From positions 342,534-406,533 of the forward strand of contig RQSC01000028.1 in NCBI GenBank assembly GCA_013416795.1: 64,000 bases of DNA, in the 5' to 3' direction. The position numbers and the translations under genes were made by a program. The notes under the pieces are model-generated. The model had not been told where the DNA came from. It saw nothing but the letters and a program-made list of their open reading frames with translations, and searched no databases. The DNA comes from Prasinococcaceae sp. CCMP 1430 (Eukaryota; Plantae; Prasinodermophyta). Below, one piece after another: positions 43,001 through 50,925 of this stretch; the stretch's first letter is position 1; the number at the start of each line of letters is the position of its first letter.

Positions 43001-45690
43001 TTTTGCGCGTCCTGTCGCGCGCCAATGACGAGGAGCACTCAATCCGCGTGGCCGTGGTGCAGACGGTGACAGATCTGTGGCTTGCGCGGCCCGCGGGGGA
43101 GAGCTGCGACGCTGATGAGGATCTGACTCGCCTGCAGGTCTTCCGCAAGCGCGCCGACCAGCTTGTCGAGTGCGTGAAAGCCGATCGTCGTGTTGGTGTT
43201 GTGATGGCCGATGTGCTCCGGCGGGCGCTCACGCTGGGTTCGGCGAGCACCGACGAGGCGACCGCTGCCGCTGCGACCGCGGAGAAGAAACGCCTCGCCG
43301 CACTCTTCGCCCATCGCGCGGCGCGCACGCTTACGGCGTGCATCCTCGAGCGCATTCTCGAGAGCGATGAAGGCGCCGAAGGCGCCAATGACGCAGCCGG
43401 GCCGCTGCCCTACGCCGCGGCGCTGCGCGTGCTCGCCGCCGCGAGCCCTGAGCTGGTGTCGCCCCCCGACGATCGGCTGCGTGTGGTCGCGACACTGCGC
43501 CCGCACCTCGCCATCCGTGCGTCTTCCGATCGCGCCGCAAAGGCTGCCGACGCCGAGCGCGTCGAGCACCTCCTCGCCGTTGTGGCTCGCGCTCTTCCCT
43601 TGTCCCCCGCAGTGGATGCCGGATTTGCCGAGGGCCTCGCGAGCGAACTGGTGGGCCTGGCACGCGTGTCACTCTCGAAGGGCATTCTTCGTGAGTGCGC
43701 TCGCACACTCGGTGCTTTGGCCGACAAGTCTCGCGTTGCATCGGCGAAGACCGCCGGCCTTGCCCAGGTTGCCTTCACCGCGCTGAGAAGCCTGGCGGAG
43801 CGCCTCGGAAAGACCGCGCCGGGCGTCGGCCAGTCTACGAGTGACGAGGTGCTAGCGCAACGCAGCTTATTCCTCGCGGGTCTGCTATGCCGCTACGCGG
43901 ACGTGCACGTCGACTCTGCTTCCGTGGACGGGGACAAAACGCGCGTCTCCATCAAGAACCTCCACTCCCTGTACATCAAATTTCTGCGCAGGTCGCCTTC
44001 GACGATCGTGAAGCGCGCTGCCATGGAGGGCATCGGCCTGGTCTTCATATCGCGTCCCGAGGTGATGCTCGAGGACAACATGCTCAAGATGATGAGCGCC
44101 GCGATGGTGCCTGGCTCAGGGGTCGACCCCAACATCCGCATGCAGGCGCTGGCCAACCTGTCGGACTTCTTGACGGAAGAGGAGCAGCGAATGGCCGCTC
44201 TTGGCGAGGCGGGAGGTTCCGCACCAGACGGTGCGCTGCAAAAGTCCGCGGGCGAGGGCGACACGGGTGCCGCCAGCCAAGTCGTCCAGAAACTGTGGCC
44301 GAGGGTGCTTGCGATCATGACAGATGGGCGTGACCACGTTGGAGAGGACGAACACAGGGGCGCGGCTCTGCGCATCGCGGAGCAGGCCGCCCGCCAGGGC
44401 CTCGTGCATCCGCTCTCGGTCATTGCGCAGCTGATCGCGCTGCACGGAGATGCCTCCGCCCCGGTAGCTGCCACTGCGCACCGCCAGCTCAAAGCGTACA
44501 TGGAGGGCCACCCCGATTTTGTGGAGACGCGCCTAGGGGACGGCCTGCGCCTGATGTATGAGCTGTACTCAGCTACTGGAATCGAAGCGGTCGCGCCCTC
44601 GGGTCCGCAGGGTTGCACACCCGTCGCAGCCGCTGCCGTTGCACGGGTGTACCGTCTGGTGTCCCCTGGAGGCCGCGTAGCTCGCCACGTCTTTCTCAGG
44701 ACAGCACTACGCCCCTTCAAGTTTGCGGTCGGCTCAGAGGGGGAGCCGTCTACCGGGAGGGTGAGGCGCGGGACGAGCAAGGACGTTGGCGAGGGCGCAG
44801 CTGTCATCGAGACCCCGGCCGTGCTCGCACACCTCGCTGGCGTGCTCGCCACGCTGCCGTACACTACTGTCGATGAGCTTTTCTTCGTCACGCACGTGAT
44901 CGACGACATCGTCGCTGCACGTGGCAACTCGGTGATGGACGCACTCAAGCGATCGCTCGCAGGCGCTGGGAGGTCGGGGGATGGTGCAGAGCCAAGCCCA
45001 GAGACGCAGCGCAACGCCGAGGCAGCATACGCCGCGTCGGTGCTGCTCGCGCTCAAGTCGCACCTCGCGCGGGCCTACCGTCTGCGCGCCGATCGACGTG
45101 CAGAGTACAATCCACGTGCCCGCATGTCGGCCGAAGCCGCCAAACGCGACGCGTTCGTCGGCGCGCTCCAGTTGCCCCCCGTTGATGCGGCCGCTGCTGC
45201 GCTCGCGCTCGCGACGGGGCGCGAGTGCACTGCTGGCGACGCCGCGCTCGCACTTGCGACCCTCAAGGCTGCTCTCGCCAAGGACACCGAGGAGGAGATT
45301 GCCGGAACGGCGCCTGGCCTCGCCTCTCCGAACGGCAAGGAGGGCGGCGATGCAGATGACGCGATGGCCTCCACGCCTTCTGGGGTGGCCGGCGGCGCTT
45401 CCTCCGGCAAGCGCAAGGCCACCGCGCCCGCTGAGGCGGTCACGGGCGCCAAGTCCTCCGGCAAAAAGGGCCGCGGCGCGGCGGCCGGCAAGGCGGGCGG
45501 GAGCACCGGCCGCAGGTCCCAGTCCAAGCGCCGCCGCGGTGGCGACGAGAGCGACGATGCCGACGATGACGACTATGCGTGCGACGACGACAGCGACTTC
45601 GAGGGCGTGCCCGCCGGCGCGGCCAGCATCGAGCCCGTGCGCTCGCGGCCCGCGCGCGGCAGCAGGGGCAGTGCGCGCCGCCGGCTTTAG
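40090..45690 (+). CDS. SCC2: Cohesin loader SCC2/NIPBL (HEAT repeats)
   Basis: An apparently intronless ORF of ~1.87 kaa with PEWPSAALL, RARALKALAHI..DP, VREAAVDLVG, DTAVSVRKRAI, RANDEEHSIR, QGLVHP..IAQLIAL, LATLPYTTVDELFFV, and a basic/acidic tail. Confidence 0.9.
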   Translation: MAAPPPSLTAVGAAAGALPPLRLLRPPVVGVALAMEASSDAEGDAPILKEAAADEEVVAAARSMLEGANMKHAAPGRSGVTGAPPARGGGGPLLDALGAEVFDMRALIGTPRAPHRAPSGKRAVAMANGATPVKDAGAAFAASPKPSPARVRDTIRAKGARASKSAAGGTHAPQADAEEIDGDSDDDFEMPDDPMAAIEEQLEAWDKENALEPSAVTELRTAVLGGAKSGALAKAPEAMLQELVKLLDWHVKRAADGKFVLEEEATELDEELDTGLHACRGLLAVLGLPELPRKCFVEEAIEHAVALVREQVHNSVLPLYDDAVAVLKGRAKGKTPEKARTPKSARKGTAAKAASRVAAKLVAKTAECVGGLSGVLDAPGPYSRRPPDAAMLPLTVSCCTLIASASVPATLHRQCAEYIAAFFGSYERHREVVLDELASVVPKLPAKGKSMRTFILQGEGGKVVQATAAALMMCVQRAARLPLESSIAADAGARAAKTATPGRAPGAVEAMWLAVCKSADTFWSRLFKHMRPYTSAKKQADIDVRPLMVNLLTDLLDCRAMPEWPSAALLVQVLCQHLLKEHGLESKEPTARYMAYGSLGQIVATLKEDKQRADELAESESLFSATLTLGQMEDDTGAPWEPARAREATWQSAGKAPGEGEESGDAGVCTALIERAMARASTALRFSAGAAALDAADGGDTDMDDISDDSDNEGATRRSSKKAGGQTTAKDRRMAPEEEGQLRADVVCQQVALDYLGQRKCASSSRSTHGHAMRVAQWYFLAAKQLPPDAAVSKHERLLRFARTRGVGSGQFESAAVGAPVAASAAREMAKSAIVCLSQSSGLARTVPVLSDRLLGALKAESASNCRARALKALAHIAQSDPAFMSFPAVRSVVHARAGDESALVREAAVDLVGRHATSRGQADDETLVLLHRRAVDTAVSVRKRAILAMRDVVTAGTGGFGGVASDCKAILRVLSRANDEEHSIRVAVVQTVTDLWLARPAGESCDADEDLTRLQVFRKRADQLVECVKADRRVGVVMADVLRRALTLGSASTDEATAAAATAEKKRLAALFAHRAARTLTACILERILESDEGAEGANDAAGPLPYAAALRVLAAASPELVSPPDDRLRVVATLRPHLAIRASSDRAAKAADAERVEHLLAVVARALPLSPAVDAGFAEGLASELVGLARVSLSKGILRECARTLGALADKSRVASAKTAGLAQVAFTALRSLAERLGKTAPGVGQSTSDEVLAQRSLFLAGLLCRYADVHVDSASVDGDKTRVSIKNLHSLYIKFLRRSPSTIVKRAAMEGIGLVFISRPEVMLEDNMLKMMSAAMVPGSGVDPNIRMQALANLSDFLTEEEQRMAALGEAGGSAPDGALQKSAGEGDTGAASQVVQKLWPRVLAIMTDGRDHVGEDEHRGAALRIAEQAARQGLVHPLSVIAQLIALHGDASAPVAATAHRQLKAYMEGHPDFVETRLGDGLRLMYELYSATGIEAVAPSGPQGCTPVAAAAVARVYRLVSPGGRVARHVFLRTALRPFKFAVGSEGEPSTGRVRRGTSKDVGEGAAVIETPAVLAHLAGVLATLPYTTVDELFFVTHVIDDIVAARGNSVMDALKRSLAGAGRSGDGAEPSPETQRNAEAAYAASVLLALKSHLARAYRLRADRRAEYNPRARMSAEAAKRDAFVGALQLPPVDAAAAALALATGRECTAGDAALALATLKAALAKDTEEEIAGTAPGLASPNGKEGGDADDAMASTPSGVAGGASSGKRKATAPAEAVTGAKSSGKKGRGAAAGKAGGSTGRRSQSKRRRGGDESDDADDDDYACDDDSDFEGVPAGAASIEPVRSRPARGSRGSARRRL

Positions 45691-46082
45691 GGCCCCGGCC
45701 GCCATACCTCCCACCGCCGACCCGCCTGCACCGCCCGCTGCACGCGCACGCGGTCGGCGCCTCCCAAGCCTCTAGCACACAGCCGCGCGCCCACGCGCAT
45801 GGAAGCCCCCGACGGCAAGAAAGTTTGGTCCGTTTCGATGCGGCGATTCAGAATGCCTCTTATTGAAAATTGGAAAATGTTTGTGACTGCCACTTTCTTT
45901 CTGGATAAGATCGTGCAGATTTGCTCGTGCTTCTCGCGCGTGCGCGCGGGGGGGGACGGGGGACGCACGGCGGCGGCACAGAGCGCCTCGGGCCCGCGCG
46001 GCCTCCCTGCCTGCCGCCTTCGCGGCTGCCGAAGCTCAGAACTGGCCGCGAGGCTTTCGCGCCGTCGGCGCCGGTGGACCCA

Positions 46083-46824
46083 ATGGCGGCGGTGGCGGCC
46101 GCGCGCACTCGCGGCGGTCTTGCGCGCGCGCGCATGGGCGAAGGCACGGCTGCGGGCGCGGCCGCCGCGAGTGCCGCGGCCGTGGCGCTCGTCCTGGGCG
46201 CCGCGCCTGCAAACGCCGGCGGAGGTCCTCAGATCGTCGGCGAATTCGGCGGCCAGGGGCTGGTTATCAAGGACACCATCCAGGTACGCGCTCGCCTGCC
46301 TCGGCGCATTCCGTGCGCACAGCCACAAGCAAGTGCGCTGACAACGGCCCCCTCGACCCCGCGTGCTAGGTGGTGCGCGTGCCAGACCCCTCGGTTGAAG
46401 GCGTCACCGTTTACCTCTCGCAGTCCAACCAGGCGCTGAGGTAGGGCGTGCGCGCCCGCGCCCGCGAGCGCGAGCGCGTGCGCGCGAGGACTGCCCGTGT
46501 GCTGACACAATCTCGCCCATGCGCCTTTGTAGCCTGAGCCAGTCGAACAACACCGCGCTGGGGTGCGCTATCACCGGCCCAGTCTCCTTCTCTGGCGACC
46601 TGGGCGGAAAGAAGGGGGAGGAGATTGTGCGCGAGGGCCGCGGCGTGTTTGGCACCAAGTCGATACACGTGCGCCGCGTCTACGACGCGCCGCAGCGAAC
46701 GCTGACTTACGTGGCCTACAACACGCGCCTCGCTGGCGATGATGACAACAAGAGCAGGTTCAAGACCGCGCTGTGCACCGTGGTTCTCCCCGAGGAGGAG
46801 CAGGCGCCGGCAACAGACGCGTAG
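46083..46824 (+). CDS. creA: CreA family protein (bacterial-type, probably plastid-targeted)
   Basis: Introns 46284-46369 and 46441-46532 join ..GLVIKDTIQ / VVRVPDPSVEGVTVYLS / ..ALGCAITGPV...KSIHVRRVYDAPQRTLTYVAY..R...K.AL.TV, matching the CreA pattern (D.P.V.GVT.Y.S; C...GP; R.YD...N.L.Y+.YS). Confidence 0.82.
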
Positions 46825-46879
46825 CAATATTAGCGGGCGGTGTAGACAAACGTGTTATCGGATGAATTTGTACCATTAT

Positions 46880-49800
46880 CTACTCATCAGCTGCCGGTGT
46901 TGGCGGGGGCGGCGCACCAGGCGGCGACGCGCCTGCCGCCAGCACCTCGTCCGCATCTGGTCTTGGATCGGCCTTGCCTTCAGCCTTGCCTGTCTCGACT
47001 GCATGCGTCCCTGGCTGCCCTGTGACCGCCGCCGCCGCCTCCCACTCCGCGCGCGCGCCCGCCAAGAAGAAGGCCGCCGCCTCGTTGCCCGCATCGCCAC
47101 CACCCATGGACGTCTCAACGCGCACGTCGGCACCTGCCGCGCCCTCGACGCGAGCAACAAGCCGGTCGTCGGTTGCCGCACTGCCGGGTGGAGCAAAGAT
47201 GAACAGGGTCGGCTCGGCGCCGTCCTCGGCTTCGCCTTCTTCCTCGTCAAGTAGCGCACCCACCTCGGCCCAGAGCTCCCTGGCCTGGCGCGCGGCGCGC
47301 GAGCGCGCGGGTGCCCTGAGCGACAGCGCTGCCGTGGCGCTCAGCGCGAGCACGTCTCCACCCGCAATGGCAGCAGCAGCTGGCACCACGCACACGCGCG
47401 CGCGCGCGCGTGCGGCCGCAGTGAGCGACGCCAGTGCGGCGCGCGCCGCCTCGAGCTCGGGCAGGCCGCCCTCCTGCTTGTCCGAGTCCCATGCCACGAG
47501 TACCACGCGTGTCCCGGACGCTGCCCCAGCTGCGAGGGCGTTTGCTGCCGGCGCCGCTGCCGACACCAGCGCTATGCACACCTGCTCATCGACATCTGCA
47601 CCAGCGCTCGAGTCCGTCTGCGCAGCGTCCGTCTGCGCGTCTTCAGAGGCGGCTGTCTTGGCGTCTGCTGGCTCACCGCCACCCTCTGCGTCGTCGACCG
47701 CCCTCGTCTCGTCCGCCACGTCATCGCTTGCCTGCTCGTCGCCATCCAGCCCCTCAAGCTGCGTTGATGGCGGCACCACCTTCTGCAGCCAGTCCGCATA
47801 CCCGGCGGGGTCGAAGTAGCGCGTCGCATCTGCCGACACGCCCAGGGGGCATGCCGCCACGTGCACGCCAGTGACGCTGCGAAGCGCACCGAGCAACTCG
47901 GCCGTGTCGGCTGCGCCAGCATCGGCACCACTCGCGAGGCCAGGCGCGAGGACATCGACGTGGCCTCCGCGCACGACGGCAGAGCCCAGGGAGGCCCATG
48001 ACGCGCGGACGTCCGCGCGCGCATGCAGAGCACGCGCCGTCGCGCGATAGCCGGCTGTGAGTCCCACGGCGTGCGGCTTTGCATGCGTGGCCACGCCGAG
48101 CGACGCCACGCGTGCGCCGCACAGCGCGGCGTGCAGCGCGGCGGCGACATCGGCCGCCGCCGCTGCCTCTGCGTCGAATGCTACCACGGCGACATCTGCC
48201 CGCGCGGCAGCCACGAGGTCGGCGGCGTACGGCGCGCGGGACGACACCAGGAGCGCGCGCGAATAGTGCGGTGCACCGCTGCTGCCTGCGTACAGCGGCG
48301 GCGACGCTGTGACTCCAGGGAAGCGCGGCGTAGGCACGACGACAGGCCCAGATGGCGGCGCCAATGCCAGCGGCGGCGGCTCCGCGCGCGCAGCCAACAT
48401 AGCACCAGCGCCCGCGCCATCTCCAGCCCGCGTGACCGGTTTGCGCTGCGCGGGCAGCTCCGCGACGAGCACCGCAGCCGCGGCCGCATCGAGCACGTCG
48501 GCAAGTGGCGCGAGGTCCCCGGCGGCGCGCGCGGCCTCCTCTGCTGCGCGGCGGCCAATGCGCACAGCAGCTGCCGCCGCTGCCGTCGCGGGCTCGACGC
48601 CACACTCGCGGCCGGAGCGCAGACGCCGCTCTCGCGAGGGTTTGGCCTCGGCGCCCGCGACCGCGCCTGGCCGCAGCCCAGAGGCCGCCTTCAGCGCCTT
48701 GGCCGCGCCGAGGCGCATCGCCGCCGCCGCTGCTGCCGAGTGGCGCGGCCCCCACTCCTTGGGCTTGGCGGGGGCGTCCTTAATGGCTTTGGCCGCGGCC
48801 TTCGCCTCCTCCTCCCTGCTCGTGCGGCGGGCGCGCGCCTCGGCCTCGGCAGCGGCCGCGGCGCGGACCGCCGCCACCTGCGCCGCGGCGGCCGCTAGCA
48901 CGGCGCCCGACAGCGCCGCGCGCGTCGAGCGCTCCGCCGCCGCGCGCGTCGCGGCCTGCGATGCGGCCAGCCACACCGCGTCGCTGGGGGCGTCGACGCG
49001 TGCCTTCCAGCCGCCCTCTCTATCACGCTTCTCCCCTCCTCCCTTGCCCTCCGCTGGGCGCGTCCCGGTAGGCACGCCTCGAGCGGACGTAAGCGCGTGC
49101 GCGTACGCGTCTGCAACGGCCACGCGCGCGGCAGCCGCGGCGGCCGACGCGACGGCCCCGCCATCGGAGAATGGCAAGGGCGCGGTGGCGCCCTCGAACT
49201 CATCCACGGCGAGGCTCTGACCGCCCTCTCGCGCGCTCGGACGCGCCGACGCCGGCAGCAGGCCCATCTCGCGCACGACCGCCTCAGCGACCAGGCGCGC
49301 GTTCGCCGCGACCGCGAGATCCTGCTCTCTTTCACGCGCGAGCGCCTCGCGCCCCGCACCCGCACGCGCCATCGCTGCCTCGGCGGCCGCAGCGCGCGCG
49401 TCGTCTTCTTCGCTCGCGGGAGCGCCCACGGTGTGCGTGTACGCGCTCACCCCCGCTGTTTCTGGCTGGTACGGTGCGGGCGCGTACGCCTCCGGCGGTG
49501 GCAGCGGCGCGCGCGCGCTGTACGCAGTCTCGCCGGGCAGCGCGGCGCGCGCCGCGCGTGCGGCTTCTTGGATGCTCGCGAGGCTGCGCGTCGAGGACGG
49601 TGGTGGGAGGTGAGAGGCAGCGTCCGCCTCCTCCTCCGCCCGCGTCCTCGGATCCGGCAGCGCGAGGGGCGGCACTGCCGGCGGCGCGCGCATTGCAGCG
49701 AGCGCCGGGCTCGGCTCGTCGCTGCCCGGGGCTGAAGCTGAGGGGGCGAGGGCGGGGGCGGAGCTGAGGGACGCGGAAGCCTTCTCTTTCCCGCCGGATC

Positions 49801-50020
49801 CCCACGCATCGCGCAGAGCGCGTGCGTCGGCGTCGCTCATGCGGTCGCCCGCGCCGAGGGGGACATCCAGCCGCGCGGGCCGCTGCCGCTCCTGCCGTTG
49901 CCGCTCCGCCGCCGGCGCGGGCGCATGCGCCGCTCGCTTGGCGCTTGCCTCGGCATCCCATTGCGCCTCCTCGGCGGTGAGCCGCGCCCTGCGCGCGAGC
50001 GCCTCCTCGAACGACTCCAT
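46880..50020 (-). CDS. Large hypothetical protein (~1046 aa) with two C-terminal DUF4347-like domains
   Basis: ATG at 50020 (MESFEEALARR) starts an open frame to 46880. The N-terminal half is low-complexity. The C-terminal half has two units starting LLVSSRAPYAADLVAAARADVAVVAFD and LVSAAAPAANALAAGAASGTRVVLV. Confidence 0.7.
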   Translation of the reverse strand: MESFEEALARRARLTAEEAQWDAEASAKRAAHAPAPAAERQRQERQRPARLDVPLGAGDRMSDADARALRDAWGSGGKEKASASLSSAPALAPSASAPGSDEPSPALAAMRAPPAVPPLALPDPRTRAEEEADAASHLPPPSSTRSLASIQEAARAARAALPGETAYSARAPLPPPEAYAPAPYQPETAGVSAYTHTVGAPASEEDDARAAAAEAAMARAGAGREALAREREQDLAVAANARLVAEAVVREMGLLPASARPSAREGGQSLAVDEFEGATAPLPFSDGGAVASAAAAAARVAVADAYAHALTSARGVPTGTRPAEGKGGGEKRDREGGWKARVDAPSDAVWLAASQAATRAAAERSTRAALSGAVLAAAAAQVAAVRAAAAAEAEARARRTSREEEAKAAAKAIKDAPAKPKEWGPRHSAAAAAAMRLGAAKALKAASGLRPGAVAGAEAKPSRERRLRSGRECGVEPATAAAAAAVRIGRRAAEEAARAAGDLAPLADVLDAAAAAVLVAELPAQRKPVTRAGDGAGAGAMLAARAEPPPLALAPPSGPVVVPTPRFPGVTASPPLYAGSSGAPHYSRALLVSSRAPYAADLVAAARADVAVVAFDAEAAAAADVAAALHAALCGARVASLGVATHAKPHAVGLTAGYRATARALHARADVRASWASLGSAVVRGGHVDVLAPGLASGADAGAADTAELLGALRSVTGVHVAACPLGVSADATRYFDPAGYADWLQKVVPPSTQLEGLDGDEQASDDVADETRAVDDAEGGGEPADAKTAASEDAQTDAAQTDSSAGADVDEQVCIALVSAAAPAANALAAGAASGTRVVLVAWDSDKQEGGLPELEAARAALASLTAAARARARVCVVPAAAAIAGGDVLALSATAALSLRAPARSRAARQARELWAEVGALLDEEEGEAEDGAEPTLFIFAPPGSAATDDRLVARVEGAAGADVRVETSMGGGDAGNEAAAFFLAGARAEWEAAAAVTGQPGTHAVETGKAEGKADPRPDADEVLAAGASPPGAPPPPTPAADE

Positions 50021-50429
50021 CGCCGCTGCGGCGCGGGGCTGGGCGCACGCACGGGGCGCGCGCTGTGGTCCCGGCCCCCAACCCCACGCGCCCACTCGCG
50101 CCCACGCGCGCCCACGCCCACGCGCGCCCACGCGCCAACCCACACCCGCACTCGCTCATCCATCCACCCACCCACCCACCACCCATCCGCACGCACACAC
50201 GCACACGTTCGTGCACGCGCCCGCCCGCCCGCCCGTCGGCCCCGCCCGCACGCGCGTCTTGCCCGTCTTCCTGCCTGCCACGGCGCCGCATGCGCCCCGA
50301 GCGGCCTATCAAACGCCCAGCGCGTCGCACGTAGCCGTTCGGGGAACGGAACCCTGGATACTGCACACATACTGGAAAATCACAGGATTCCACGGAACCC
50401 GCATCATGCCGACCCCGCAAATGGCGCCC

Positions 50430-50660
50430 TTTGAATCCCATATTCGAAAGAACCGAAGCCACGCCGCCGAAACGGGATCCGTGTTGCGTTTGATGTGCGG
50501 CACAAACCCTGTACGCGAGGAGGTCGTTAGGGTTTGACCGGAAATACTCCCGCGGGCGCGGGCGAATGCGAACCCTCGAAGGGGATTCTGGGGGGTGAAA
50601 CCCAAATGAGAACCTCAACTCCGCGCGCGCGCGCGCGCGCGTGGCGGGAAAGCGTTCGAA
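50430..50660. promoter_or_regulatory. Divergent promoter region with CHR-like, telo-box and E2F-like motifs
   Basis: TTTGAA 50430-50435, TTCGAA 50443-50448 and 50655-50660, TTAGGGTTT 50527-50535, GGCGGGAAA (= TTTCCCGCC) 50643-50651. Confidence 0.5.
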
Positions 50661-50720
50661 TTTCCGGTTCGATTTCGGTTTCGGGGGCTTTGGCCGGGCG
50701 GGCCGGGCGGCCGGGAGGCC

Positions 50721-50724
50721 GGGN

Positions 50725-50771
<47 letters not shown>
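50721..50771. repeat. Poly-G tract interrupted by an N (50724)
   Basis: Read directly. It is probably an assembly junction. Confidence 0.9.
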
Positions 50772-50772
<1 letters not shown>

Positions 50773-50925
50773 CGTGAAGAGGGGCGAGGGGCCGCGGGAG
50801 GCCGCCGCGGGCGAAGGCGCGGGTGCGGGGTGTCGCGCGCGCCCCACACCACGCGCGCCGCACCGTGCGGTGCGCGCGCGTGCGTGCAAGGTGTGTGTGT
50901 GTGTGTGTGTGTTGGAGCCTGAGAG

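Noticed and set aside
50527-50535. TTAGGGTTT as an interstitial telomere remnant
   Set aside because: A single unit, not an array. It is better interpreted as a telo-box.
50340-50620. Lower-GC structured-looking stretch, possible snRNA, tRNA or SINE
   Set aside because: No tRNA A/B boxes with a cloverleaf and no U1/U2/U4/U5/U6 signature motifs recognised. It is treated as promoter.
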